This document shows, in pieces, positions 26,860 to 40,124 of a stretch of DNA of 64,000 nucleotides. The stretch's first letter is position 1. Each line of letters begins with the position of its first letter. A program made the translations under genes and the position numbers. Under the pieces are notes generated by a model that worked only from the letters and a program-made list of their open reading frames with translations, searched no databases and was not told where the DNA came from. This DNA comes from Eledone cirrhosa (Eukaryota), in contig OZ024740.1 of NCBI GenBank assembly GCA_964016885.1, forward strand, positions 199,020,001 through 199,084,000. The letters are read 5' to 3'.

Positions 26860-27750
26860 TCAACGGGACCCTTGAGCTTCATGGAGTCAAGCTAACTCTT
26901 TGACGTGAGGTTGAATTTTCCTAAGATGTAGCCAGAGATCTCCACGTGTAATTACATTGTAGCGGTTGCGAGCCTTACTGTGCAGTCTGGAAACAGCACA
27001 AAACCTCCTCTCGACTAAGTATGAGCTTGGAAAAGGCAGAGCAAATCTCTTAGCCTCTGCATGTAGGTGTGCAAATCAACGCTGAATTTCCTCTTGCATC
27101 CCAAAAGGGGGTTCACCTATTTTGGGAAATCTTATTTTGATCAGTTCATCTGCTTGAAGTTCAATGAATTCTTCCTGAAATTTAACGTCCAAATCATCGA
27201 CGTTAGCTATGAAAGCATCTGCTATCCACATTGGGATGTCCATCGGCAAAAGGTCGACAAACCGTCCTCTCATGTTGTCTTGTAGCGCACAGAGGTGAAT
27301 GGTATAAATTTGGAGTTGGTCATCGCTTACAATGTTTTGAACATTGGCGACACTAGGAAAATTATAGAATTCCCGTCAACAAAGATTCCTTTCGATGACA
27401 TTCAATTCGGCCAGGAATGTTTTCACAGCATTCCTTTCTTTAAGCAAGGTGATCTTCTTCCCCTGCAAAGCCAAAATGACGCTGTTCCATGTGTCGAAGA
27501 TGTTGGCGCAGTCTTGCCTGACATCGAGGGTTTTCTTGTACAGTTCTGTGTTGCGTCCTCGCAGAAACTCAATAATAGAGTCGAAGAGTTGAAAGAAGTG
27601 AGTAAAGCACTTGCCCTTTGAAAGCCACTTCACTTCAGTATGAAGGAGCAACTTGACGAATTATTCGTCATTATCTTGGCACAGTTGCTGGAAAATTCGT
27701 TCATTGAGGGAATGCCATTTGATAAAATTGATGACATCAATGGTCAGCAA
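26860..27750 (-). mobile_element. hAT (Charlie-type) transposase C-terminal remnant
   Basis: VINFIK...RIFQQLC...LLLHTEVKWLSKGKC...; LPFPSSYLVER (dimerisation domain); ends IQPHVKELA.LHEAQGSR*. Confidence 0.85.
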
Positions 27751-27837
27751 ATACAAATAGATTTTCTCTCTTCAGAAGAGTGACGAAGCTCTTATGTTGG
27801 CCGACCATTGCTATTGCGTCGTCCGTAGCACATGATA

Positions 27838-28437
27838 CAATGTGTGTCGTATGTGGTCCTAGATGTTTGTATTACCTGCCTGTGTGTTGTATGTAGTCCT
27901 AGATGTATGTATTACCTGCTTAGGTATTGCATGTGCTCCCAGCTGTATGTATTACCTGCTTGTGTGTCGTATGTGGTCCTAGATGTGTGTATTACCTCCT
28001 TATGTGTTGTATGTGGTCCTAGATGTATGTATTACCTGATTGTGTTGTATGTGGTCCTAGATGTTTGTATTACCTGCTTATGTGTTGTATGTGGTCTTAG
28101 ATGTGTGTACTACCTGCCTGTGTGATTTATGTGGTCCTAGATGTATGTGTGCTACCTCCTTATGTGTTGCATGTGGTCCTAGATGTGTGTATTATCTTAT
28201 TACGTGTTGTATGTGGTCCTAGATGTTTGTATTACCTGCTTATGTGTTGTATGTGGTCCTAGATGTGTGTGCTACCTGCCTGTGCGTTTTATGTGGCCTA
28301 GATGTGTGAGTGTGCTACCTAATTATGTGTTGCATGTGGTCCTAGATGTGTGTATTAACTGCGTATGTGTTGTATGTGGTATTAGATGCGAGTATTACAT
28401 GCTTATGTGTTGTATGTGGTCCTAGATGTGTGTGCTA
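27838..28437. repeat. 40-bp minisatellite, ~15 copies
   Basis: Unit approx. TGTGTGTTGTATGTGGTCCTAGATGTGTGTATTACCTGCT. Confidence 0.95.
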
Positions 28438-28804
28438 CCCATTTCTGTGTTTTTTTTTCGTTTTTTCTTTGTAATATTATTTATACGATAGGGAAGCAAA
28501 TAGATCTACATAGTGTTAACTCGTTACGGTTGAGTCAATAATTTCAGACATGAAATACATTATTATCGGTGAAAGAAAGATAAAATTCTAACTGGCTGCA
28601 CTGAAAGTGTCCTTGACCCAGATCACTGTGGGTTTTTTCATTTTTAGGATCTCAATTACCGGTTAATGTCTAAACACACCTGCTCACAGCTGTGGTCAGA
28701 CTATAGTTATGCTATCTGCAAGCTCATTCAAATGTATTCACACTGGCTGTCTCAAAGACATACAATTATGGCTTATAAAACTTGCTAAAGTAAAGAGTTT
28801 TCCA

Positions 28805-28931
28805 GCGCCCCCTAGCCCCCCCCCTCAAGCTCCTAAGCTCCTATAGCAACCTTGCTCCCAAACGCCCCCCTTGAGTTCCGAAACGCCCTTCGGGGTGCAT
28901 ATGCCCCCCGTTGAGAACCTTTGCTCTAGGA
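28805..28931. mobile_element. hAT-Charlie-like terminus with CGCCCC subterminal repeats
   Basis: Ends CCCCCCGTTGAGAACCTTTG followed by CTCTAGGA, resembling the NTCTAGAN target; partner end not found. Confidence 0.55.
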
Positions 28932-28977
28932 GAAGTAAGGTAAGTGCTCTTTCCCATCTTTTCCACTCCATTTCAAC

Positions 28978-31900
28978 ATGACCTCACTATGAATAGGCAG
29001 CATGAATGCGCTTGGCTTGAGGTCGTCATGGAAGCAGGGCCACCTGCTCAACGACCTCAGGTCACTAAACATAGATGTAGTGGCCAGCAGCGAGACCAGA
29101 ATCTCCAAAGCACGGGCCTTCGCACCGATCTTCGGCGGCTACGATGTGTACGCATCTCCCAGCCGTCCTGGATTGGGGGGAGGAGTAGCTGTGCTTTTTA
29201 GGAGAGGTTTGGATCTCGCCATACCGGCCATCTTCCTGGACCTAGAAGGTAGGTTGGTGGTGCTGGACGTGATCAGCGGAGACAGGAAAGCTTTCAGGGT
29301 ATGGGCCATCTATGCCTCGACAAGAGTAGGGCGGTCTGATTTCTTCCGGCGTCTGGAGAACTCTCTTGGAACGTCCCGCTCTTTAGTGTTAGTGGGCGAC
29401 TGGAACGGGATCTTAGATGCACGCTGGGACTGTGTGGGATTAGCGGTTAGGGCAGGAGGAGGGTGCAAGAGCCTCACCAACCTGCTCAGGCGTTTTGAAC
29501 TGTCTGAGAGGTTACGATTGGATTTCGCGAATGTGCCAATGTGGACTTGGACAAATCGCATACGGTCATCCAGATCATATCTAGATAGAGTATTTTGTAG
29601 GGAAATAGATAGGTCTAGCATAGGCTGTCCCAAATTTAAGATAGTCAGCTTCACGGACCACAAATTCGTGATCTGTGTGCTTGACTTAGATAAGCTTCAT
29701 AGTCGAGTACCCGGCTACTGGAAGCTAAACGCGTCCTTACCAGCGCGCAAAGCATACAGAGAACGGATTAGCGAACTATTTAAGCGGGCGTTGACGGGGG
29801 CCATCGTCAACAACAAGTGGTGGTTTGCTCTGAAAAGAACGATTAGAATAGAATCCATTAGGTTAAGTAATACTTTAGCAATAGAGAAAAATAGAGGAGA
29901 GGGAGATCTAGTTAGAAAATTAGACGAGGCGCTTAGCAAAGGCATCGCGACCGACGTACTTGCGGCGAAATTGGACCTTGACCAATTCTTCAATGCGAAA
30001 CACGAAGGCTGCGTCGTCAGAGCTAGGGTGCGAGGGGACGAAAGCCGTTCAATGGGCCCGAGTGGCGGAGGCACGTTGTGGCAACAAAGCCACGATCCCG
30101 TCAATTGGTGGACCACGACGGGCGCATGCTATTCCATCCCGGGCAAACGTGTGAAGATTTTCAGCGACACTTCGCACAGCTGTTCGGGGGCAGCAGCGGA
30201 CCGGATCGAGGGATGCGAAAAGCCGATAACAGCCGCTGAAGTACGGGCGGCAATGACTGGCTGCACAAGGGGTAAATCGCCTGGTTTGGATGGTCTACCC
30301 TATGAACTTTACGTACAGATGCCAGACTTGTTCTGACGCCTCTTGGCGGACGTCTACTACAACTGGCAACAGAACGGGAGAATTCCCAGCTCTGTAAGCC
30401 GAGGAGCTGTGGCGCTGCTGAGAAAGGATCCGAACAAGGGGGATAACATAGATCATTTCAGGCCCAATACTCTGCTAAAGACAGAGTTCAACATTTTGGC
30501 CAAGGTGCTAGCAAAGAGGTTGGCGCTTGTCGTTGGTGGTCTGGTGCGAGAGGCGCAGACATGCACTTTTCCCGACAGATCGATCCACGACAACCTCCAC
30601 CTCATGCGATACATCGTAGAGAGGGTAGCTAGGGAACGTAGTTGGCACGTGTGGGTCTTGTTCAATTTAGATCAGTCGAAAGCTTTCGATAGCGTCGACC
30701 ATCGTTACCTAGCGGCAGTCCTGAGGGCGGCTGGCTTTGGGCCCGTCTTCAGAGGCTCGATCGCTGCCATGCACAGCGACATCTGCTCTGTGGTGAGAGT
30801 GAATGGTCACCTTTCGGAACCGTTCAACATCATTCGCTCGGTCCGCCAAGGATGTCCCCTCTCGTCTCTCTTGTACGTATTGACTCTCGAGCCATTACTG
30901 CACAAACTGCAGATGTTGGGGGCGTCCCGCGAGAACTAGGATGCGGAAGATCCGTGTCAGTATATGCAAGGCGATCGGAAAACACATCGAGGCGATCCGC
31001 ACTACACTAAGTGAATACGAAGTGGCGACAGGAACAATGATCAACTAGGAAAAGTCAGTGGGTCAGCAGGTCCATGCCGTCCAACAGCGTCGTCGGGCGC
31101 TGGACGGACGGACCGGTTAAATAGCTAGGGGTCTGCTTCGGTCCGGACCTCCAGACGGACAAAGACTGGGACGACGTGACGAGCAGGGTGGCTTCTCTCA
31201 CCCAAAATTGGGCGGAGAGGAAGCTATCGCTGAAAGGTCGAGCGGAGGTGGCTATCGCGTACATCGCGTCCATCTACTACCGCCTGACAGTCGTACCTTG
31301 CCCTAAGCCCAGCCTGACTGCACTGGAGCGTTCATTCTTTTGATTTTTGTGGAAGGGACGCACTCCCATGGTCAGACGGTCCATCTGCTGTCAACACCCT
31401 CTACGTGGAGGGCTGGGAATGCCGTGGCTGACCATGCGCAGACATGCGCAGACATGCGCTCAGGCTACGACATCTCCGCCTCTTCTTCGACGGTGATCAG
31501 GTGTGGTCGCCGTTTGCTAGACGCGTCTTTCCCTAGCTCGTCTCCTTGACGGAGCTGCAGTCCTGGGACAAGCGAAGACCGAGAGGGAGCGCTTGGAGAC
31601 TGGAATGTCTTCAGGCGCTCACAGCCCTCGACCAATCGGGCAATGTGATCGGTGGAAACTCCACCTTGGCGTTCTATAGGGGATTAGTGGAGGGGAAGAG
31701 CGACGACGTACTCGGAGAAACTCAAGGCGTCGACGAAAAGCAACTAGCCAATCTCTTCGGAAGAACTTTCGGGCCGGGGTCTATGGACAACTTACAGAAA
31801 TCCCTGGCCCGGCAGTGCTACCGAGGAGCTTTGCCAGTTCGGGATAAACTCTACAGGCATGAAGGTGCCGTCAGCCGGGCATGTCCGAGATGCGCGTAGG

Positions 31901-32533
31901 GCGCGAAACCGTCCTGCGCGCACTCGTCCAGTGTTCGAGCATTGTTGACTTGTGGGTTTATGTCGAACACCTGTTGTCACGTGTAGGACGGATCCAGCTA
32001 TCAGCTGAGTCCATCGTGAGGATTGCCCCGCCCTCTTCCTTTAGCTGGGAAGGTCAGGCAGATTTTATCTGCCTGGTGGCCATGGCGAAAGAGATAGTAT
32101 GGTCGACACGTTTGAAAGGGCTGAAGACGAGCACTTACCTCTTCGGTGATGCCCTGATTAACTTTTTCAAATTTCATTTGAAAAGGCAAATCAGGGTAGA
32201 GTGGGAAGTGATCTCTTCCCAGCATTCTGTTGAAAGATAGGTGAGAGAAGCAAGTATGTATGGCCCGAGTGAATGGGCATACTCTGAGTATGTGTCTGTA
32301 AATTAAAGGTGGAAAACTGGGAGAGGGCACGTCCCCTGGTATTAGGGTCACTGTGTCCTTTTAATGGGCTTTCTCCACAAATGTCCCTCGGAAGTCTCCC
32401 CCTATAGGGGAATTTTTCATTGTTATTTTTTTATTACATCCTCTCTTTTTGTTTTTTTTACACGCAGAAAAGCCCATTTGTACTGTCCTTAATGTATACG
32501 TTATGTAAACCCTTGTTGTTCATACAGAAAACA
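28978..32533 (+). mobile_element. Tx1/L1-clade LINE ORF2 (APE endonuclease, RT, C-terminal Cys motif), degraded, with 3' UTR
   Basis: IGSMNALGLR, SETR, GGGVAVL, GDWNG, SYLDRVF, FTDHK, GYWKLNAS, KSPGLDGLPYE, FRPNTLL..ILAKVLAKRL, LDQSKAFDSVDH, SVRQGCPLSSLLYVL, CPRC..ETV.R...C; ends at (TTA)n. Confidence 0.92.
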
Positions 32534-32555
32534 TTATTATTATTATTATTATTAT

Positions 32556-32597
<42 letters not shown>

Positions 32598-34240
32598 ACA
32601 CATCGTCTATAAAAGGATTGAACCCATAGAAGGATTGATCCCACGTCAGGATGTGACCTCGGATTGTCGAGAGATGAGACAAATACCTCGAAGCATTTCG
32701 TGTGACTTTCTGCCGATCCTGCAAGCTCTTAAGCTCCGCTAAAACCACATCAGAATAATGTCGGACAATTTTTATGTAACGTGTTTCGATGCAAATAAAG
32801 AATTAATAAGTCATAAGTTGTTGGAAAAAGTAAAAACGAAAAAAATAAGAAATTGAAACGGCTGTATTTGATGAAATGATACAATGTGTGTCAAGGCTGG
32901 CTCCTTGTTTTACAGATGAAATTCATTTTTCCGCTGGGTAAACTAGATTGACGTGAAATCAAGTGTTTTTCTCAACTATATAAGTCGCTGCTGTGAATTG
33001 AACTCTCGAAACGACGATCATGTGCGCCATCCTCTCCGTGGCTTCACCCAGTAATTGATTAGAACATGTGATTAATGGTATATATTTTGACCTGCAGACA
33101 CCTGACTTATTTCCAAAAAGAACTGACCATATTCTAACCAACATATCTCTGCCAATTCGCCGTAACTGAATATATTGATTCCCCACATGCATGTTAATGC
33201 TTTCCAGTTAAACGTGATAAAATTGTGTATTTATTATATTAGAAATATAGATAAGGAGAGGCCAATAAGTGGTTTAAGAAAAATTACGACGTCCGAAATT
33301 ATGAGGTGTCATATAGAAGATGAGAAATCCATTTCGCTTGCGGTAATAAGTTAGCAGACTTTCATTTGTCCAATTTTCATGGGAATCAAACTATTATTAT
33401 TTTCGGTAAAGAACGAGCATAACCTTTTATCTTTAAACTAGAAGCATTTTACTGGGGATTATATTTGCGTGAGCAGAAGTAATGAACACCTTTGATAAAA
33501 TTGTTTGATGAGACGACTGACTTAAGGGGAAACTAAGTGAATAGATCTCTAATTATATTCTCTACTTAAAATTCCCTTCGTAATATAGCAAGACCAGCAA
33601 ATTCATTGTTGCTAGTCTATGCTGATATTTAATGAACCACTACGTGAGAATTTAACAGACTGATAGTTAATAAATAAATACATTTACTATGGTGTTTCGC
33701 GTTGGTGACTACCATATAGTAGTAGTAGTATACAAGCCCCCTATGGGTATATGAAACATAATGGAATCATGGGGAGCGTTGTTTGACAAACATGATGTAA
33801 TGGGCTTTGAAACCCGCAGAGGCCATCCTAATCGTACTCTAAACCAGAACTCAGCCAATTTCTCTCTCTACCACTCACTTCTTATGTGGAAGAAATTGAC
33901 TACATTCCGATCTGGAGGAGGGATGGTCTCTTCAAAGTTCAAAATGCCCACGAGACGATGTGAATCTTTACGGAATACATATGTCTCTACCAGGATTATG
34001 GCTTCATGCATACTCTTTATACACTTTTTATACACTTTTTATACACTGTTCATCGAACACATGGACCCGAAGACAATGATGATCTTGATGTGCACAAGAT
34101 TAAGTAGTTCATGTTAAATAACAGAATACTCAAACATAACATCTATAGTTTTCACAATCGTCTAAAGGGAAATAGTTATTCTAAAATATCATAATTAAGT
34201 TGATAAGTTGCCTATGTGGTATCTATTTTGCTGTCTTGTA

Positions 34241-34715
34241 CCATGGCTTAGTGATTCGGATGTCGGACCTCCAAGTGTAATACCGTGAGTTTGATACCTA
34301 AACCACATGCCGTTTCGCGTTCTTGAGAAAAGCACATCACTTCACGCTGTTCCCGATAGGTTTTCTGAAAATGTGAACCAGCATTAGCTGGTATTTCAAC
34401 CCACCGTTAATTGGTGTCATGTTTAGGTAGGGGAAACCTTTTAAAGATTTTGTTTGAAATTTCACAAATGTTATACTCATATTCCATTCAAATTTCTTCA
34501 TATTCTACAATATGTAAATTGTGACCACACGTGATCTAGTGGTTGGGAGTAATGATCTCAGGATCACAAGATACTACGTTGATGCTTGAACCGGGTGGTG
34601 CGTCGTTTTCATTAGAAAAAACGTTTTATTTCATATTACTTCTATCAGGATTTGCGAACAGTAAATAGTATAATCAATGGAACGACCACTGGAAAAAATG
34701 TTTCCTTAGTCCGCT
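34241..34715 (+). mobile_element. Two highly degraded SINE family 2 copies (34241-34345, 34526-34715)
   Basis: Remnant tRNA head and similarity to 12337 and 63596 copies (e.g. CAATGGAACGACCACTGGAAAAAATGTTTCCTTAGTCCGCTTT). Confidence 0.5.
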
Positions 34716-36095
34716 TTGATAACCAGCTCCCACACATATCAGGAGCACCAACAGCAAATCGTTTTAGTGCATTTATAGACTCTTTATTCAGACTATAGTC
34801 TACGTTTTGGCAGTTATAATCACATTTCTACCACTGAAGTATCCGGCCTTCTTTCGGGCAAATGCATAAATGGTAATAACCTAGCAATTCCGAAGCGAAT
34901 CCAGGGATAGATTGTTTCATTCTGTTACCCATGCTCAAGGTATGCTGGTGTAAGCTATTTAGCAGCTTGTGGTGCCAATTGTTTGTTCAGCTGAAACTAT
35001 AGTATGTACTGATATACTAACAGAGGAATTGAACTGATGACTAGCACATTGACTTGTACACGTGACCACTATTATGGCGTATTGTAGAACATCTTATGAT
35101 TGTTATTCCCAAGATGAGGGCTCCCGTCTGCATGCATTTATAATACTTCCTAATTTAAATAAACAGCCGCCAATTTCACGGGAGTGAAAAGAAAATTATA
35201 TCTAATCCAGTTTTTGAGTGATAGATAAATATTTCGACAAAAAAGGATGAACTGAGAGCGTGAGGGTCGCCGTAACTAAATAACACAAGGCCTTTGATCC
35301 GACACTCTAACATTCCTGCCAATCCACGGACCATAAATTAGTTTATGAGGATATTCACAGGAATATTACTATTTCCTCCAAATCTGTTTTCACTATTATT
35401 TACTGAATAATATAGCAAATTATAAGTTTAGTATTCTCTATATAATTTTACTTTCATCAGATTTGTAGAAAAAATACAAAAAAACAATCAGTTTAGCAAA
35501 GGCAGCTACAAGTTAATGTTTGCTTGTTTTTCCCAAAGAATGCCAATCATTTCCAGTTGATGATCTGCTTTACTATATAAAATATTTCCATATATGTATA
35601 AGAAACCATTTTCTAAAAGACAGACTGGAATGTATCATGACATTTCGTTTGGTATAATTTCGTTTGGTTACTGTCAGATATATCACAATATGTAAATATA
35701 TTGCATTTCACCTATTAATGTGATTGCGTATTGTATATCATTTCAAGTATTCCATTATGCGTAATAGGTTCATAGAAAATAATTACATAGATGATATCTA
35801 ATATATTTTGAATGCCTGCACTAATTGATTGTGTCTGGCAATATAAGCTATACAGGTGTATAATTCAAGACGCCAAGATGCTACATGTGGTACTAATATT
35901 TTAATATCCTCTTCTCACTCTCTACCTTTCTATTTCATCTTTTAGTTCTCATTGTATCTTCTGCTGAAGCCCGAATGTCCGGAACCGTAAGACTCTTCCT
36001 ATGAGTTCAAGTGCTAAACTAACATATTTGCTTTGTTATTTCTGTTTACGTTTTACACACACACAAATATATGCATATATACTTATATAATTGAA

Positions 36096-36155
<60 letters not shown>

Positions 36156-36160
<5 letters not shown>

Positions 36161-36730
36161 ATTAGGATTGGTGCTCTGAAATAGCGATGTTACATGATGT
36201 ATGTGTAGTATATTTGGTGATATACTGTATGTTTAATTAAAAACATTTTGAAGCCCTTGCGTTATTATTTTAAAGTAGTGACTATGTCACTTACTATTTT
36301 TTCATCAAAGTAAGGGAGATAAGCTGACAGATCTGTTTCACACTTTTGGTGTTCATCAGAGCCTAGTCCTGGCCGACCTCTGCCGAAAATTATAGAGGCT
36401 GGATTCTTATAGAATTCCAGTAATAATCAGGAACTGATTATACAGAGCGATTGCCGGTCCAGCAAAAATAAAAAATTAGGATTGGTGCTCTGAAATAGTG
36501 ATGTATACATGAATGTATGTATAGTATATTTGGTGATATACTGTATGTTTAATTAAAAACATTTTGAAGACCTTGCGCTATCATTTTAAAGTAGTGACTA
36601 TGTCACTTACTTCTTTTTTCAGCAAAGTAAGTGACATAGTCACTACTTTAAAATAATAGCGCACGCTCTTCAAAATGTTTTTAATTAAACATACAGTATA
36701 TCACCAAATATACTATGCATACATTCATAT
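36156..36730 (-). mobile_element. 314-bp retrozyme-like unit, ~1.5 tandem copies plus 5' inverted segment
   Basis: Direct repeat 36161/36475 (period 314); 36627-36728 inverts 36508-36610; HHR at 36321-36364; (TA)n flanks; no ORF. Confidence 0.8.
36321..36364 (-). ncRNA. Minimal type I hammerhead ribozyme, canonical GUC site
   Basis: Minus strand AGGCT-CTGATGA-ACAC(CAAAA)GTGT-GAAA-CAGATCTG-TC-AGCTT; palindromic ACAGATCTGT stem III. Confidence 0.9.
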
Positions 36731-36735
36731 ATATA

Positions 36736-37003
36736 ATTGTTTCTACATTTGGCACAAGGCTAGCAATAACCCAGTACATTACTGGTACTTTATTGTATCG
36801 ACCCCGTAAGGATGAAAGGCATAGCTAATCTCGACGGGATTTGAACTGAGACCGTAACAATAATAATAGAGTTACGGCCCTTGCTATTCTGAGTTCAAAT
36901 CCCGCCAAGGTTAACTTTGCCTTTCATCCTTACGGGGTCGATAAAATAAAGTGCCAGTAATACACTGGGTAATTGCTGGCCTTGTGCCTAAAGTAGAAAC
37001 AAT
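36736..37003. mobile_element. Two SINE family 1 copies head-to-head (36736-36858 -, 36868-37003 +)
   Basis: Both are 5'-truncated near the B box and joined by a short AAT spacer. Confidence 0.85.
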
Positions 37004-37169
37004 TGTATGTATCGTAAGAGCGGAGGAAACAGAGGTACAGATAAGTGCGATATAGATTACTTAATGCCAATAGCCGAAGCGGAGAGTGCTCAATGCTTGG
37101 GTTAGCAGAGTTAAATATTAGAGAAGATTTCATATTTAGTAAATAGTTCAAGCAGAGCAGGTATAAGCA

Positions 37170-37632
37170 AATGAATGGATGAAGGAATTACAAGCCGTTA
37201 AAACAAATTCTTTGCATAAATCTTACATTATGTTTCGCCCACACGGGCTCCTCGGAGAAATGAATGTTTATATAATGTCATCAATAAATATAAATACCGT
37301 TGGGGCAGGTTGAGCATCTTTCCATTAGATTAACGTCACCTTGCATGGTAGGCAAAAAAATAATAATGTCGTCAGTGAAAGGGGCATAATCAGCTAAGAG
37401 AGGCAACTGCGCTGTGTAAGGCAGGAAAGTACTCTAGAATATTTAGTATATCCCAGCTAAAGAGATGGTTTAGCAGGGTGAGTCTAACTCAATAGGTGAT
37501 GAGCAGTGCTTAGGTAAAAATGATGACATTATATGAACAATCATTTCTCTGAGAAGCCCGTGTGGGTGAAAGATTATGTAAGATTTATAAAAAGAACTTG
37601 TTTTGACGGCTTGTAACTCCTTCATTCATTCA
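37170..37632 (+). mobile_element. HHR-bearing non-coding element with inverted terminal copy (37170-37263 vs 37541-37632)
   Basis: Both arms contain TCT-C(T/C)GAG(G/A)A-GCCCGTGTGGG(C/T)-GAAA-(C/G)AT(A/T)ATG-TA-AGA; each copy has a different core mutation. Confidence 0.7.
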
Positions 37633-37682
37633 TGTATCCAATCACCAGTATGAGAGTAGCTCGATGTAAAATAACGAATATA

Positions 37683-37777
37683 ATTGTTTCTACTTTTGGC
37701 TCAAGGCCAGCAACTAACCAGTGCATTACTGGTACTCTATTTTATCGAAGGATGAAAGGCAAAGTTAACCTTGGCGA
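37683..37777 (-). mobile_element. SINE family 1, partial
   Basis: TTGTTTCTACTTTTGGCTCAAGGCCAGC...AGGATGAAAGGCAAAGTTAACC. Confidence 0.8.
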
Positions 37778-39599
37778 CATTTCTTGCATTCTTACGTGTA
37801 CTTATGTTTGTTTTCGAACAACAGTGTATTTCTCTCTTATTTTCTTTCCAGGTACACTTCAACGATGTATGAAGATAATGTTATATGTATATAAACACAA
37901 ATGGATAATACTAAACTTATATGAATATTATCCCTCATAAATCTAAGAGAGAAAGTCGTGTGGCTTGACTAATATCAAAATGCAAATCAATAATTAACAA
38001 ACAGATATTAGGGCCTTCTTCGGTTCACACGTCGAGCAATCCTATTGCTCGATCAATGTAAAAAGCCTTCTCATAGATTGAACTCGTTTGTAATAGTAGG
38101 TTGACTATTTTAGTTGGTACTCGGCTATTGTTGAAATAGAGGTCCCGAATTGTAACTAGTCTGGTGCCTAACCCACACTTTCAATCGATATATATAATTT
38201 ATCCATGCCACACACAAATCGTCCTAATCTCACCTTCTTTCTATTGATTTTCTCCCCTTTCCCCATAGTAAAGGTTATTAATTGAATATGCAGCAGCTCT
38301 TTCGTACTTAATTTTATTCCATGAGGAATTTAACTTGGTACACTAACAGTGATCCACGTAATTTCTTGGTGCTGTTGCATATTTCAACTTTGTGCTAAAC
38401 CCATTTTTATCCTTCAGGTACAATATCTCTAAAGAGACACTATGAACTACTAATCGAGAATTTCGTGGGCTTTAGTAATATTACTAACTTTTGCATTATA
38501 GAATTAGCCTTTAGCGCATAACATAAGGACGGTTCTTATATAAAACTATGTTAGAAGGATTTTAGATCAATATAAATATTTAAAATCAAAGTGTTTGATA
38601 TTGCAGAAGCAAAGGTGGTGTCAGAATTGGCATCAAAAGTGTTAAAGTAAGTTAGGTGGGTCACTAAAACTTAACTAAAATCCGTCAATGGTTAAAAGAT
38701 ACATTCCACAAATGCCTATGTTACTTGTTCAGCAGTGAAATCAGGCATCAAATAATTCTTGCAATTCACGTGAATCACTATATGACGTGTGCAGACTATA
38801 AATGATAACTATTGGGATATCAATAATGAAATATAAGTTTCCAATTGTGTTCTTGTTGGAGATCAGTAAGTACAATTAAATGTTTGGCGTATCTTCAGGA
38901 AAATGTCATTCTTTAAAATATTTGATATCCATTTGTTCAGTTTTCTATATATTCCATCTTTCAAATCTTCAATCATTCCCTTGAACGTTCGTGTATTAGT
39001 TCGATATTCTTTCCTTTCATTATGCAATGGTAAATAACATTTGAAAAAATATTCCAACTGATGCTTATTGTTAACAGTTTCTTTTGTATTTGTGTTTCAT
39101 AATTAAAAAAGAAAAAACAAACAAATCAATTTATACAGCCCAAGTTTCTTACAAAAGATTTTGTTCGACATGGCGACATGATTTTTGATGCATTTATTTA
39201 AACAGTATATGAAATATCTTAAGAAATATGTGGATGGCATCCAGCATGTCGTAATAGACTAACAACAATGAAACCGCACCAGCATTTACATCTATGGAAT
39301 TTATTCAGTTCTTTAGAATAACCGTTGCTTTAGAATAACCGTTATACTGCCTGTGATAAAGGTTGAGAGTGGTGATAATGATACACATTGCTGTTGAACT
39401 AAAGATATAGCGGGCTTCATTATTGTAGAAGTGGCTTTGTCAACTGAATGTTTTCCATTAATAGTTAATGCAGAAATTATTAACAGCAATGTTAATACAG
39501 AATATTGCTAAAAGGAATAATTAGACGGCTCACATTTAAATAACGTTGACAGGATATTACTAGTAATTATATGTGTAAAGCACAAATAGTAATGAAACA

Positions 39600-39632
<33 letters not shown>

Positions 39633-40124
39633 TCAACAAAACCATCAACAACGATAACACTGCTACTAATAGCAATGGTTTCATTTATCGGCTACAAGGA
39701 CCGAGAAATGTGGGAAAATACAAAAAAAGGGGCAGTTTACAATGAAATCGAGGAATAATCGAAAGTAACAAGAACAAATAAAATTACAAAACAAATTCCC
39801 CAATAAGAGGAGAACGATTGAACGAGTGATTGAAAACGAGTGAACGACCAAGCTGTAAAACGGGAACCATCCTGTCAAAGATCCCGAGAATCAGGTTTAA
39901 CTGATTCTGCAATTTTATGTAGCTCTACAAGAATTATGAATACTCTGGTGGCTACTGACAGCTAGCTGCTACAGACATCCCATCTAAAGCATAGTCTATC
40001 TATTTAGGAGTTGCAAACGATTGTCATTACTATAGAAGACAGAAAACAATTGTCCGTGGAAGCTCGACATGACGATCTATATACCTATATAGATATATAT
40101 GTGTGTACGATGGGCTCCAACTAA

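Noticed and set aside
27838-28437. Regular 40-bp repeats resembling a CRISPR array
   Set aside because: Entire units are repeated with no unique spacers, no cas genes, eukaryotic context; it is a minisatellite
35954-35995. Possible HHR remnant TCTT-CTGCTGA...GGAA-CCG-TA-AGA
   Set aside because: Both core strands mutated and stem II unpaired; cannot be supported from one copy
38000-39500. Possibly decayed coding sequence on the minus strand
   Set aside because: Many stops and no motif I can assign
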